Shown here piece by piece: positions 9,060 to 21,063 of a DNA stretch of 64,000 nt. This DNA comes from an uncultured Spirochaetota bacterium. GTDB lineage: Bacteria > Spirochaetota > Spirochaetia > SZUA-6 > CAVTHK01. The stretch spans positions 288,001-352,000 of the forward strand of contig CAVTHK010000003.1 of assembly GCA_963734495.1 (NCBI GenBank). The letters run 5' to 3'. Made by a program: the position numbers and the translations under genes. Position 1 is the first letter of the stretch. Each line of letters opens with the position of its first letter. The notes beneath the pieces were generated by a model. It saw only the letters and a list, made by a program, of their open reading frames with translations, did no database searches and had not been told where the DNA came from.

Positions 9060-10827
9060 ATGAGCCAGGTCTGGAGCATCGCCGAAGTGACGGCCCGCTA
9101 CGGGCGGGAGCGCGACAGGCTTCTGGACATCCTCCGTGAGGTTCAGGCCGAGCACGGGTTCGTCTCCGACGAGGCCGTGCGTGAGATCGCGCACGCCCTC
9201 GGCATCCACAAAGTCGAGGTGCACGACGCGGCGACGTTCTACAATTTCCTCTCGCGCAAGCCCAAAGGCCGCACGGTCATCCGCCTCGCCAAGGGCGTGG
9301 TGGAGCGGCAGCATGGCCTGGCCGAGGTGGCCGCCGCCTTCGAGCAGGCGGTGGGCGTGCGCTTCGGGGAGACCACCGCGGACGGCGCCATCAGCCTCGA
9401 GTACACGTCCTGCATCGGGATGAGCGACCAGCCGCCCTCGGCGCTCGTGGACGGCCAGGTCGTGGGAAGCATCCGGCCCGAAGAGGTCCCGGGCATGGTG
9501 GCGGAGCTCCGCGAGCACGGGCACCTCGCCCGCTCGCGCGTCGAAACCAACCTGGTGGTCGCAGGGGCGTGCATCTTCGCCCCCATGGAGCGGGGCCGCG
9601 CCATCCGCTCCGCGGTCAACATAACGCCCGACCAGGTGATCGCCGAGCTCAACCGCGCGAGACTGCGCGGGCGCGGCGGGGCCGGGTTCCCGACCGCGAT
9701 GAAGTGGGACTTCTGCCGCAAGGCGCACGGCCGCGCCCACTACATCGTCTGCAACGCCGACGAAGGCGAGCCGGGGACCTTCAAGGACCGCGTGATCTTC
9801 AGCCTGTCGCGCGACCTCGTGATCGAAGGGCATGACGGTCGCCGCCTACGCAATCGGCGCGAGCTTCGGCCTCCTGTACCTGCGCGGCGAGTACGCCTTT
9901 CTCCAGGAGCGCATCGAGGAGGTCCTCGCGCGGCGCAGGCACCAGGGTCTGCTGGGCAATCACATCTGCGGCAAGGAAGGCTTCGACTTCGACATCCGCG
10001 TCCAGATGGGCGCGGGCGCGTACGTCTGCGGCGAGGAGTCGTCGCTGCTGGAGTCCGCGGAGGGCAAGCGCGGCGCCCCGCGCGACCGCCCGCCGTTCCC
10101 CGTGACCAAGGGCTACCTGGGCCAGCCCACGGCCGTCAACAACGCCGAGACGCTCTGCTGCGCGGCGCGGGTGCTGGAAAAGGGGGCCGGCTGGTTCTCC
10201 GGGATCGGCACCAGGGACTCGACGGGCACCAAGCTCTTCAGCGTCTCCGGCGACTGCACGGCGCCCGGCGTCTACGAGCTGCAGTTCGGGCACGAGCGTC
10301 AACAAGCTGCTCGAGATGGTCGGCGCCGAGGACGTGCAGGCCGTGCAGGTCGGCGGGCCGTCGGGCGCCTGCGTCGCGCCCAAGGACTTCGGCCGCAGGC
10401 TCTGCTTCGAGGACCTGGCGACCGGCGGCTCCGTCATGGTGTTCGGCAAGGACCGGGACCTGCTGCAGGCCGTGCGCGACTTCACCGAGTTCTTCGTCGA
10501 GGAGTCGTGCGGCTGGTGCGCCCCCTGCCGCGCCGGCACGACGCTGCTGCTGCGCATGCTCGAGCGGATCCAGGAGGGGCGGGCCACCCGCGCGGACCTG
10601 CACCAGATGGAAGACCTCGCCGCCACGGTGCAGGCACTGCAGCCGCTGCGGCCTGGGGCAGACCGCGCCCAACCCGTTCGTGACGACGCTGCGCAACTTC
10701 CCGGAGCTGTACCAGGCGCGCCTCGCGCCCCGAGGAGTACGTGCCCGCGCTCCGCCTGGAGGAGGCGCTCGCGGCGGGCGAGCGCGCCGCGGGCCGGCGC
10801 GCCGCGACCAGGGAGGCCGGCGAATGA
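9060..10827 (+). CDS. hoxF: NAD-reducing [NiFe]-hydrogenase diaphorase large subunit, NuoE+NuoF fusion (frameshifted)
   Basis: NuoE-like N-terminus, then [38 protein letters not shown] and [12 protein letters not shown], spread over ORFs 9060, 9832 and 10316; GGAGG RBS. Confidence 0.9.
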
Positions 10828-11539
10828 ACACCAAGGTCACCTTCGTGCTGGACGGCCGCGACGTCGAGGCCAAGCCGGGCCAGACGATCCTGGAGGCGGC
10901 GGACGCCGCGGGCATCTACATCCCGCGGCTGTGCTACCACGAGGACCTGCGTGCCCGGCGGCCACTGCCGGATCTGCTCGGTCAAGGTCAACGGGAAGGT
11001 CACCAACGCGTGCACCATGCCCGTCATGGACGGGATGGTGGTCGAGAAGCGACACGCCGGAGCTGACCGCTCACCGCAAGCGGATCGTCGAGATGCTCTT
11101 CGTGGAGGGCAATCACTTCTGCCCCATCTGCGAGAAGAGCGGCAGCTGCGAGCTGCAGGCGCTGGCGTACCGGTTCGGGATGACGGCGCCGACCTACCCG
11201 TACCTGCCGCGGCTCCGCGGCGGTGGACGCGAGCGCACCCCGACGTGTTCATCGACCGCAACCGCTGCGTGCTGTGCGGCCGGTGCGTGCGCGCCTCGCG
11301 CGACCGCGACCACAAGGGCGCTGTTCGGCTTCGAGGGCCGGGGCGTCTGCGCATGCGGGTCGTCGTGGATTCGCTCGACGGCCTCGGCGGCACGGCCCTG
11401 GTGCGCGAGGACGCGGCCGCCGCCATCTGCCCGACGGGCAGCATCGTCGTGAAGCGCGTCGGCTACGCGACGCCGTACGGCAGGCGGCACGTACGACAAG
11501 GCGCCGATCGGCTCGGAGATCGAGAAGAAGGGGTCCTGA
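10824..11539 (+). CDS. hoxU: Diaphorase small Fe-S subunit (frameshifted)
   Basis: [66 protein letters not shown] and ICPTGSI. Confidence 0.9.
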
Positions 11540-11591
11540 GGCCGGCCGACGGCGCGACCGGCCCTGAGGCCGCACGAAAAGGGGGAACAGC

Positions 11592-12136
11592 ATGGCGGGC
11601 AAGCCCAAAGTCGCGACGTGTGCTCTGACGGGCTGCTTCGGGTGCCACATGTCGCTGCTGGACATCGACGAGCGCATCCTCGATCTGATCGAGCTCGTCG
11701 ATTTCGACAAGTCGCCGATCGACGACATCAAGGAGCTCACGGGTCCCGTCGACATCGGGATCATCGAGGGAGGCGTGTCCACCGAGGAGAACGTCGAGGT
11801 GCTGCGCTCGTTCCGCGAGCACTGCAAGGTGCTCGTGGCCATCGGCGAGTGCGCGCTCACGGGCGGCGTCCCGTCGATGCGCAACCTCGTGCCGCCTGCA
11901 GGAGTGCCTCGAGGAGGCGTACCTGAAGGGGCCGACGGTCGTCGACGGCCGGATCCCCGACGACCCGTCGCTTCCGCGTGATCCTCGACAGGGTCTATCC
12001 CTGCCACGAGGTGGTCAAGATCGACTACCTCCTTCCGGGCTGTCCTCCGTCGGCCGACGTGCTCTGGACGGCGCTCTCGGCCCTGCTCAAGGGCGAGGAG
12101 CCGAAGCTGAGCTACGAGCTGATCAAGTACGACTGA
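11592..12136 (+). CDS. hoxY: [NiFe]-hydrogenase small subunit (frameshifted)
   Basis: GCFGCHMSLLDIDER and IGECALTGGVPSMRN; downstream frame reads VVKIDYLLPGCPPSAD. Confidence 0.92.
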
Positions 12137-12150
12137 AGGGAGGCGCGCTC

Positions 12151-13633
12151 ATGAAGACCAACGGCAACGGCAAGCACAAGGGCACGGCGGGCGCGCAGGC
12201 CACCCGGAAGATCGTCATCAACCCCGTCACGCGCGTCGAGGGGCACGGCAAGGTCACCATCCATCTCGACGCGAAGGGCGGCATCGACCAGGCCCGGTTC
12301 CACGTCGTCGAGTTCCGCGGGTTCGAGCGCTTCGTGCGCGGCCGGCTGTACTGGGAGGTGCCGGTCATCGTCCAGCGGCTCTGCGGCATCTGCCCGGTGA
12401 GCCACCTCCTGGCCGCGGCCAAGGCGATGGACGTCATCGTCGGCGCCGACCGGCTCACGCCGACCGCGGAAAAGATGCGGCGGCTGATGCACTACGGCCA
12501 GATCTACCAGTCGCACGCCCTGCACTTCTTCCACCTCGCGTCGCCCGACCTCCTGTTCGGCTTCGACGCGCCGCCGGCGACGCGCAACGTGATCGGCGTC
12601 GCGCGCGAGCACCCCGAGATCGCGACGAAGGCCGTGCTGATGCGCAAGTTCGGCCAGGAGATCATCAAGGCCACCGCGGGAAAGAAGATCCACGGCAACG
12701 GCGCGATCCCCGGCGGGATCAACAAGAACCTCTCGATCGAGGAGCGGGACATGCTCGCCGGCGGCATCGACGACGATGCTCGCCTGGGCGGTCGAGGGGC
12801 TCGAGCTCTACAAGGGGCTGTACACGCAAGGACATCGACGCGGCTCGCCTCGTTCGGGAGCTTCGAGAGCAATTTCGTGAGCATCGTGCGCGACGACGGG
12901 GCCTCGACCTCTACGACGGTCTGCTGCGGGCCAAGGATCCCGACGGCAAGATCATCTTCGACAAGGTGCAAGGCCGCCGACTACCTGGACGTGATCGCCG
13001 AGGAGGTGCGCGGCTGGAGCTACATGAAGTTCCCGTTCATCCGGCCCCTCGGCAAGGAGAAGGGGTGGTACCGCGTCGGACCGCTGGCGCGCATGAACAA
13101 CTGCGACCGCATCGACACGCCGATCGCGGAGGCGGAGCGCAAGGAGTTCCTCGCGCTCGGAGGGAGGCCGCCCGGTCCACTCGACGATGGCCTACCACTG
13201 GGCGCGCCTGATCGAGCTGGTTCACTGCGCGGAGAAGATGAAGGAGCTGCTCGCGGACCCCGACCTCCAGGGGACGGACCTGGTGACGAGCGGCGAGCGG
13301 CGCGGCCGCGGGGTCGGCTGGATCGAGGCGCCGCGCGGCACGCTGTTCCATCACTACGAGGTCGACGATCACGACCAGGTGACGATGGCGAACCTGATCG
13401 TGTCGACGACCAACAACAACGAGCCCATGAACCAGGCGGTGCGCGCGGTCGCGCGAGACCACCTCGCCGGGAAGGCCGAGATCACCGAGGGCCTGCTGAA
13501 CGCGATCGAGGTCGCCATCCGGGCCTACGATCCGTGCCTGAGCTGCGCGACGCACGCGGTCGGCCGCATGCCGCTCGAGGTCGTGCTGCTCGGCTGCGAC
13601 GGGCGGGAGATCTCGCGCGGGAGCAAGGGGTGA
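12151..13633 (+). CDS. hoxH: Group 3d [NiFe]-hydrogenase large subunit (frameshifted)
   Basis: PVTRVEGHGK, L1 QRLCGICPVSH, EAPRGTLFHHY, and L2 AYDPCLSCATH followed by a cleavable C-terminal extension. Confidence 0.95.
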
Positions 13634-14192
13634 GCGGGAGGGCCGGCCGCTCGGTCCTGGTCGTCGGCGTCGGCAACCCCGGCCGGGGCGACGACGGGAT
13701 CGGGCCCGCCCTGGTCGAGCGCCTGGAGGCGCGACGCCGTGCCCGGGCTCGCGCTGGAGTCGGCCTTTCAGCTCTCGCTCGAGCACGCGGCCGCGGTCGG
13801 CGGAGCATCCGACGGTGCTGTTCGTCGACGCGGCCGTCGGCACCGCTGTCGGCCGCGCGGCCGTTCGCGCTGCTGCCGATCGCCCCGGGCGACGGCGCCG
13901 TCACCGGCATCAGCACGCACGCGATGGCGCCCGCGGACGTGCTGGCGGTCTCGCGGCTCGCGTTCGGCGCCGGCGCCGGACGCGTGGCTGCTCGCGGTGC
14001 GGGGCCGCGACTTTCGCGAACGCGAGGGGCTGAGCGCGCGCGGCCCGCCGCAACCTGGCGCGGGCCCTCGAGGCCGCCCGGGCGTTCATCGCCTCGGCGC
14101 TGGATCGCGGCGCGGACCTCCGGTGCCGGACGAAGCGACGAGACGACGGCCGGCGCAAGTCCGACAGGGTGCTGGGGAGGAGTGAAAGATGA
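13630..14192 (+). CDS. hoxW: Hydrogenase maturation endopeptidase (frameshifted; end approximate)
   Basis: VLVVGVGNPGRGDDGIG, AFQLSLEHA, LFVDAA and STHAMAP; GTGA overlap with hoxH. Confidence 0.82.
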
Positions 14193-14567
14193 CCGATCGG
14201 AAGACCATCCTGATCATCGACGATGACGCGGACATCCGGGCCTCCATCCGGATGGTGCTCGAGGCCGCGGGGTTCTCCGTAGGCGAGGCGGGAAGCGCCG
14301 ACGAAGGGCGCCAAGATCGCCCCGAGGATCTCGCCCGACGCCATCATCGTCGACCTGATGATGGAGAGCGTCGACTCGGGGGTGCAGCTCTCGCAGTCCC
14401 TCAAGGAAAGCGGCTACGCCGGCCCCATGTACCTGCTGAGCTCGGCGGGCGACTCCGTGCGCTTCAACCTGGACCCGCGCGAGCTCGGCCTGGCCGGCAT
14501 CTTCCAGAAGCCGATCCAGCACGACCTGCTCGTGCGCACCCTCAAGTCGAAGCTGCACGTCCCGTAG
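14189..14567 (+). CDS. Stand-alone response regulator receiver protein (one frameshift)
   Basis: ILIIDDD...PDAIIVDLMMES...LLSS...FQKP; no output domain. Confidence 0.85.
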
Positions 14568-14601
14568 GCCGGGCCCGCCGGGTCATCGCGCCCCGCTCGG
14601 C

Positions 14602-16107
14602 TCAGGCCTCGGCGCAGGGCAGCGTGACGACGAACGTGCTCCCGCGGTCCGGCGCCGAGTCCACCGAGATCGTGCCGTTGTACTCGTCGAGCACCCTCCG
14701 CACGGTGGCGAGGCCGAGGCCCGTCCCGGGGATGCCCTGCGTCTTCGGGCCGCGAGCCCTGTAGAAGTCCTGGAAGAGGTTGGACACCTCCTCCTGCGTC
14801 ATGCCGATGCCCGTGTCCTGCGAAGCGCGATCTCCCAGCCGCCGCCGAGCCGCTCCTGCCGCTGCGGACCGAGACCGTGAGGCTGCCGCCTTCGCGGTTG
14901 TACTTGATGCCGTTGGAGATCAGGTTCATGAAGATGCGGTCGAGGTCGCCGCGGTCGGCGACGCACGCGCGCCTCGTCGGGCGCCTCGAGGCTCAGGCGC
15001 GATCCCGCGCTTTTCCGCCTGCACGCGGAAGAACTCCAGCTGCTCGTCGAGGACCTGCCGCAGGTCGAGCCCCTGCGCCGACCGCTCGACCTTGCGCGCC
15101 TCGCGACTGCGCAGGAACTGCAGGTCCTTCACGAGGTCCAGCAGCGCTTCGGCGCGCGCCTTGCTCCGCGCCATGATCTCCTTGATCCGCTCGGGCTCCC
15201 GTCGAGCGTGCCCGCGAGCACGACGTCGATGTAGCTGACGATCGCGGCCAGCGGGCTGGTGAGCTCGTGCGCGACCATGGAGACGAAGCGGTTGCGGTCC
15301 TGCTCGGCTTCCCACTCGTCGGTGACGTCGCTGCAGCAGCAGGATCAGCCCCGCGGTCTCCCTCGCCGCGGATGTACGGCGCCGCGTTCAGCTCGAGCCT
15401 GCGGCCCCGGAGCTCGAGCCGCAGCCGCCGGAAGCGGCCGGCCGCCGGCCCGCGCGGCGAGCAGCGTCCTCGACGACGGCCGGTGACCGCGGCGTCGAGG
15501 CCGAGCTCCTCGAGGGCCAGGTCCTCGCGGTAGCGGACGCCGAGCAGCGAACTCGGCCCGCGGGTTCATCAGCACCGGCTTGCGGTTGATGTTGAGCACG
15601 ATCACCCCTTCGCGCATCGAGTTGATGAGCTGGCGCGAGAGGTTGCGCTCGCTGTTGAGCGCGGACAGGTAGGTCTCCCGCTCGCCGGATGAGCCGGCAC
15701 TGCCGCGCCCGCCCGCTCGACGACCTGCAGCAGCTCGTCGGGCGCCGAACGGCTTGACCAGGAAGTCGAAGGCGCCGTGGCGGGTGACCTCGACCGCGGC
15801 CTCGACGGTGGCCAGCGCCGAGACGATGACGACGACCGTCGCGGCCGCTCTCGTTGATGCGCCTCGGTCACCTCGAAGCCGTCGATCCCGGGCATCTTGA
15901 GGTCGACGAGGGCGACGTCGAAGGTCCCGCCCGGCGAGCCGCACCAGCGCCTCGCCGCCGTCCGCGGCCGCGACGACGGAGTGACCCTGGCGCTCGAGGA
16001 TGCGGCGCATGCCCTCGCGCATGCCCTCCTCGTCGTCGACGACCAGGATGCTGAGGGCGCCGCCTCGGAGGACGCTGTCGCGGGGTCGGTCCGACGACCG
16101 CGCTCAC
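14602..16107 (-). CDS. Hybrid histidine kinase REC-PAS-HisKA-HATPase (frameshifted)
   Basis: ILVVDDEEGMR...VDLKMPG...FDFLVKPF; INSMREGVIVLN...MNPRAE (PAS); MVAHELTSPL; NLISNGIKYN; DTGIGM; GTGLGL. Confidence 0.85.
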
Positions 16108-18230
16108 GGCGCGGACCTCTCCGCGCCGACGGCCGCGCCGGCGCCGGCGCCGGGTCCCGCAGCCCGATCTCGAAGCAGGCGCCGCCCTCGGGGCGATTGC
16201 CGCCGCGGATCCAGCCGCCGTGCATCTTGACGATCCCGTAGCAGACCGAGAGGCCCAGTCCCGTGCCCTTGCCGACCGGCTTGGTCGTGTAGAAAGGCGT
16301 GAACAGGTGCTCGAGGACGCCTCTCGGGGATGCCCGGCCCCGTGTCGGACACCGAGACGGTGAACTCCCCGTCGCCCTCCTGCGGTCTCGATCCGGATGC
16401 GTCCCGCCCCCGGGCATCGCCTCGATCGCGTTCTTGATGATGTTGTCGAAGACCTGCCGCAGCTGCGACGAGTCGACGCTGTGAGCCTTCATGCCGTCGT
16501 CGAGGTCGAGCTCGACGCGCACCCGTCCCGCGGGGTCGAGGGCGCGGGCACGGCCCGGGCCGCTTCGCGGACCAGCGCGTTGATGTCGGTCTGCTGACGG
16601 TCGATCTTCTTCTCGCGCGCGAAGTTCAGGATGCCCTGCACGATCGAGCGGGCGCGCTCGGACTCGCGGATGATGCGGTCCGCGTCCGCCGAGCCCCTGC
16701 CCGCTCGCCGCCTTCGGCGAGCTCCTCCCGCAGGAGGTGCGCGTACATGAGCACGACGCCGAGCGGGTTGTTGATCTCGTGGGCGATGCCCGCGGCCATC
16801 TGGCCCATGGAGGCGAGCTTCTCGGCCTGGATCAGGCGGCTCTGGTTCTCCTTGAGGTCCGTGATCGTCGTCCTCGAGCCGCGAGATGAGGTAGGGCAGG
16901 CACATCTCGACCTCGGCGATGCCGCGGTAGACGGCCACCGCCTTCTCCCGGCAGGAGTCGTAGCCGCAGGCGCGGCAGTTCAGCTCGTCCTCGGGGACGC
17001 ACCTTGCCGGTGCTGGCGAGGATCTTGCGGATGTCCTCCTCGGGCACCGGCGCCTCGCGGGTCTTGGATCTGCGCGAACGTCTTGGGGAGGTCGAGCGTC
17101 GAGGTAGCGGGTGTTGGCGGCCGCCCACTCCTCGATGTCGCTGATCAGCGGGACTGCGCTTCATGTAGTCGACGATGTACTTCTTGCGCTCGTAGAAGGT
17201 GAGGTCGTTGGGCATCGCGGGCCCGCCGATGCACCCTTCGCAGAACAGCAGGTCGAAGAGCCTGGTCACCACGGGCCGGCGCTTGCGCACGATCCGGCCG
17301 AGGACTGGAGCAGCTCCGTGACCCGGGCGCTTCCCTCGACGATCATCACCGGGCTCTCCAGCAGGTCGTCGTCGATGGCGGCCGCCTTGAGCAGCCCGCC
17401 GGTGACCGGGTAGATCTGGCCGAGGTTGGCGTGCGGCGGATCGAAATCGCGCGGCGCCGCGGCCTGCGGATCGACGCCGAGGTCCGCGAACAGCTCGATC
17501 AGCTCCTCGAAGGTGAGCACCTCGTCCACGAGGCCGAGTCCGCCGCGCCTCGTCCTTCTTCGCGACGCACGGCCCGATGAAGACGATCGGCGGGAGGCTC
17601 CGCGCCGGTCGGGCGTGAGGCGCTCGCGGATCACGCGCGGCCATCGCCTCCATCGGCGAAACGACGTCGCGCGAGGTGCGGCACGAGCTCGGGGCAGATC
17701 TTCTCCACGTACGAGACGACCGCGGGGCAGGGCGAGCTGATGACGAAGGCCGGCCGACCGGCGGCCGGTCTCATCGCGCACGAGCTGCCCGAATCGCCGG
17801 CGATACTCGTAGGAGACCAGGTCCGCGCCGAAAGCCACCTCGTAGCACGCGGCTGAACCCGCAGGCGGCGACCGCGCCGACGAGGCGCTCGGGCTTGACG
17901 TCGAGGAAGGCGGCGGGAAAGGAGGGCGCGATCATGGCGCAGCACGGCCTGCCCGGAGCGCAGGAGGCGCTCGACCTCGGCGACCGACGAGCGGATCTGC
18001 TTGGCGCCCTGGGAGCACATCGGGACGCAGTAGCCGCAGGAGATGCACTTGGAGGCGATGATCTCGGCCTGGCCGCCGTGCACCTCGATCGCCTTGGTCG
18101 GGCAGGTCCGCACGCAGGAGTAGCACTTCCTGCACTTTTCGGCAGCCGTCAGGACCGCGAGAGAATCACCGGCTGCCTGGCCGTAGCGAGCCCTGCCCGC
18201 GGGCCGCTGCGGTCCCGGAAGTGCCTCCAT
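16104..18230 (-). CDS. Sensory (group C-type) [FeFe]-hydrogenase domain fused to a histidine kinase (frameshifted)
   Basis: [23 protein letters not shown] ferredoxin; [28 protein letters not shown] and [12 protein letters not shown]; FeS domain [11 protein letters not shown]...[42 protein letters not shown]. Confidence 0.88.
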
Positions 18231-18302
18231 CAGGCCCATGATAGCATGCCCGGCTCCCTTGTCCACCGCACTGTCCGCCCTGCCCGTCGAACGGATGACC
18301 GG

Positions 18303-19021
18303 TCACCAGCGCCGCCGCCGTGCCGCCGGAGACGAAGACGTCGGCCCGCAGCGGAAGGCCGCGGTGGAACAGCCTGTGGAAGCCGTCCGGGATCCGCGCG
18401 AGCGCGCGGCCATTCGACGCGAGCGCCGCTGCCGCGGCCGAGGCGGGGATCCACTCGCCCGCGGGAAGCTCGAGCGCCACCTCCCGGCGCTCCGCCTCCG
18501 CTCAGGTCGGTGACGCGCAGGCCGCCCGAGAGGATGCTCTCCGCGAGTCGCGCCGTGTCCAGGTGCCACGGGTCTTCGAGGCGGAGGGCGTCGACGGCCT
18601 CCAGGAGGCGGCTCGTGTTCAGCTCCTCGAGGCGGTACCCGGCTGCGGAGAGGCTGAGGAGGCAGGCTGCCAGGGGCCCCCTCCGCCACGACAGCGCGAG
18701 CGGCGAGCTCTCGCCCTCGCAGATGCCCGCCCGCCGGCAGCAGCTCGACGCCCGCGTGCACCGGGAACGCGAGCACGGGCGTCGGCGCCGCCGCGGGAGC
18801 TCGACGGAGGCGTCCGCGGGCCACGACGGCAGGCGTTCGGCGCGCACGGGACCTCCCGGCTCGCTCCAGACGATCCGGCAGGCGAGGCCGGGGAACCGCG
18901 CCCGCCACGAGTCGGGAGGCTCGGGCAGCAGCAGCCGCTGGGGCCGCGGCGGCAGGTCGCATGCCAGGCATCCCGCGGCCAGCAGCGCGGCGCAGCCGGC
19001 CGCCCGCAGTCGTCGCCTCAT
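18303..19021 (-). CDS. Hypothetical lipoprotein (frameshifted; end approximate)
   Basis: MRRRLRAAGCAALLAAGCLAC has a basic N-terminus, hydrophobic stretch and lipobox-like Cys; no recognisable domain. Confidence 0.5.
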
Positions 19022-19068
19022 GCACGAGACAATGGGGCCGGCGCCCGCGGCGCGTGGCGTCCCCGGCC

Positions 19069-19601
19069 TCAGCCTGCCGATTCGCGAAGCTGCTCCCTCA
19101 GCCGCGCGCGGATGCGCTCGAGCACCGCGAGGGTGCGCGGGCTGCGGTAGTCGGGGTAGGTCCAGGGCAGGGGCCGGAAGCCGCCCTTCTCATACTTCAA
19201 TGTGAGCTCGGCATAGATGCCGTCGCGGAGGGGGATGCGGTGGGCGCTTTCCTTGGTCGTGGCCAGCGAGAAGCGGGCCAGCGTCAGCAGCCCCGGGTCG
19301 AGGTTGAAGGTGCGCCGGCCCGATTCCGCGAGCCCGGCCTCGAGCACGTTGGTCTCGAGCTTGATGGCCGCGAGCGAATCCGGGCTGACGAGCCGCTCGA
19401 AGGAGAGGAACCAGCGCGACAAAGGGCTTCCCATTTCCTGATCGTAGTAATCGGTAAAGGTGAAGGCGTCGGGCTCGCTTTCCACGTCGACCGGGCCGAA
19501 GAGGGCCTCGAGCCTCTCTGCGCCGAGCCGCGCCGCTCGGGGCGGCTCGCGATCACCGCGACGACGAGCTTGGCCGGGGGGAAAGGGCGGGGGATTCCCA
19601 T
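19069..19601 (-). CDS. DUF4416 family protein (one frameshift)
   Basis: TDYYDQEMG...IKLETNVLE...RTFNLDPG...LATTK...HRIPLRDGIYAELTL...LPWTYPDY. Confidence 0.85.
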
Positions 19602-19653
19602 GGCTGTTTGCGAGATTCCCTCCGGGCGGAGGATAGCCTATAATGGTGCGCTG

Positions 19654-21039
19654 ATGGAAGAAACGGGATCCTGGACGCAGCAGATGCAGACCGCGGTCGA
19701 AGGGCTTCGGGCCGAGCTGGAGTCGAGCGACCTGCCGAGGCTCCGCAAGGCGATCGCGGTCTACAAGACCACCTTCGACAACGTCTATCAGATGCTGGTG
19801 CGCAAGTCGCTGATCAAGGCGGACTTGTACGGCTACGACAGCGGTCCCAAGAAGCTGGAGGCTCCCGCCGACGAGCCCATCCTCGAATCCCAGAAGATAG
19901 AGCAGGCGGGCATGCGGCTGGCCGCCTACGGGGCCCAGATCAACCTGCTGGCAACGTCGCTGCAGCCGACGCTCGACTGGCTCGTCCTCTCCAGGCTGCC
20001 GGCGCTGGCCAACCTGGCGCAGTACATCCGGTGGGCGAACCTGACCCAGGGTTCCGACAGCCCGATCACGCAGGTCGTCGCCGAGTTCATCGATCGGATC
20101 AAGGCGCACAGCGACATGATGTCGGGCCGCGTCGCCGCGACGAACGTGGGCCAGCTGGGCCGGCTCTCCCGGGAGATGGTCCGGACGGTCGAAAGGGTGG
20201 CGGTCTATCAGCGCGAGGCCTACAAGTCGATGCTCCGCCGGGATGTGGCGCCGGCGGTCGGCGCCGAGGGGACCGAGGAGCAGAAGCTTGCGCGGGCCAG
20301 GAAGGTCTTCGCGACCGCGCTCAAGGGAAAGGCGTTCTACCCGGAGCTGTTGAAGGAAGTGCTCGCCGAGGATTCGCCGGCGGGAGGCGAGGCGCGCGCC
20401 GCGGCCCTGGCGCGCCTCTCGAGCCTGCTGCAGAACGAAGGGCCGACCCCCTCCTCCAACGACAGGGTCAGCCTCATGCAGGCGGTGCGCGCTCTGGCCG
20501 CGGCCGCTTCGCCGCTGGCCGACTGCGTCGTCAAGATCGCCGAGATCGACCAGGCGGCGCGGAAGGAACGGGAGCCGAAGGGGCTGCGGGCGCTCCTGAG
20601 GCGCCTCCGGCACGCGAAGCCCGAGACGCCCGCCTACCGGATCGAGTATCTCGACGGCGCGGTCATGCGCGCGGAGACGATCGCGATCGACGCCTTCCTC
20701 GACGAGGTGACCAGGCAGTCGCGGCTGCTGGCCGCCCTCACGAGGCGGGACGGCCCGACCGCGGACCGGTTGCGGCGCGCCGGCGACAGGAGCCTGACCG
20801 AGTTCCTCGACCGGCAGCTCGCGACGCTGCAGATCATGCACCGCCGGCTCGCGGGTCTCTCCGACCTGTTCCGCAAGCAGACGCCGGCGGCTCCCGCAGG
20901 CGCGTCGGACGCCCCGGTCAAGGGGATCAAGATCGAGCTCACGGTGCTGAGGAACTGCCTGATCCGATCGAACCGGCTCAGGCACGCCTACGCGGGGGCG
21001 CCGGAAGAACGCGACAAGGCGAAGAGCGCCGGCGCCTGA
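19654..21039 (+). CDS. Hypothetical alpha-helical protein, about 460 aa
   Basis: Intact ORF with host-like codon usage; TATAAT 9 nt upstream; no motif I recognise. Confidence 0.7.
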   Translation: MEETGSWTQQMQTAVEGLRAELESSDLPRLRKAIAVYKTTFDNVYQMLVRKSLIKADLYGYDSGPKKLEAPADEPILESQKIEQAGMRLAAYGAQINLLATSLQPTLDWLVLSRLPALANLAQYIRWANLTQGSDSPITQVVAEFIDRIKAHSDMMSGRVAATNVGQLGRLSREMVRTVERVAVYQREAYKSMLRRDVAPAVGAEGTEEQKLARARKVFATALKGKAFYPELLKEVLAEDSPAGGEARAAALARLSSLLQNEGPTPSSNDRVSLMQAVRALAAAASPLADCVVKIAEIDQAARKEREPKGLRALLRRLRHAKPETPAYRIEYLDGAVMRAETIAIDAFLDEVTRQSRLLAALTRRDGPTADRLRRAGDRSLTEFLDRQLATLQIMHRRLAGLSDLFRKQTPAAPAGASDAPVKGIKIELTVLRNCLIRSNRLRHAYAGAPEERDKAKSAGA

Positions 21040-21063
21040 CCGGGGCTGCCCGCCCGCCGGCCC

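Noticed and set aside
4719-10827. Respiratory complex I (nuoEFG) assignment
   Set aside because: The NuoE/F-like genes sit with hydrogenase catalytic subunits and no membrane nuo genes are present.
9060-13633. Programmed frameshifting or pseudogenisation of the hox genes
   Set aside because: Breaks are scattered without consistent slippery sites and also hit housekeeping genes; sequencing error is simpler.
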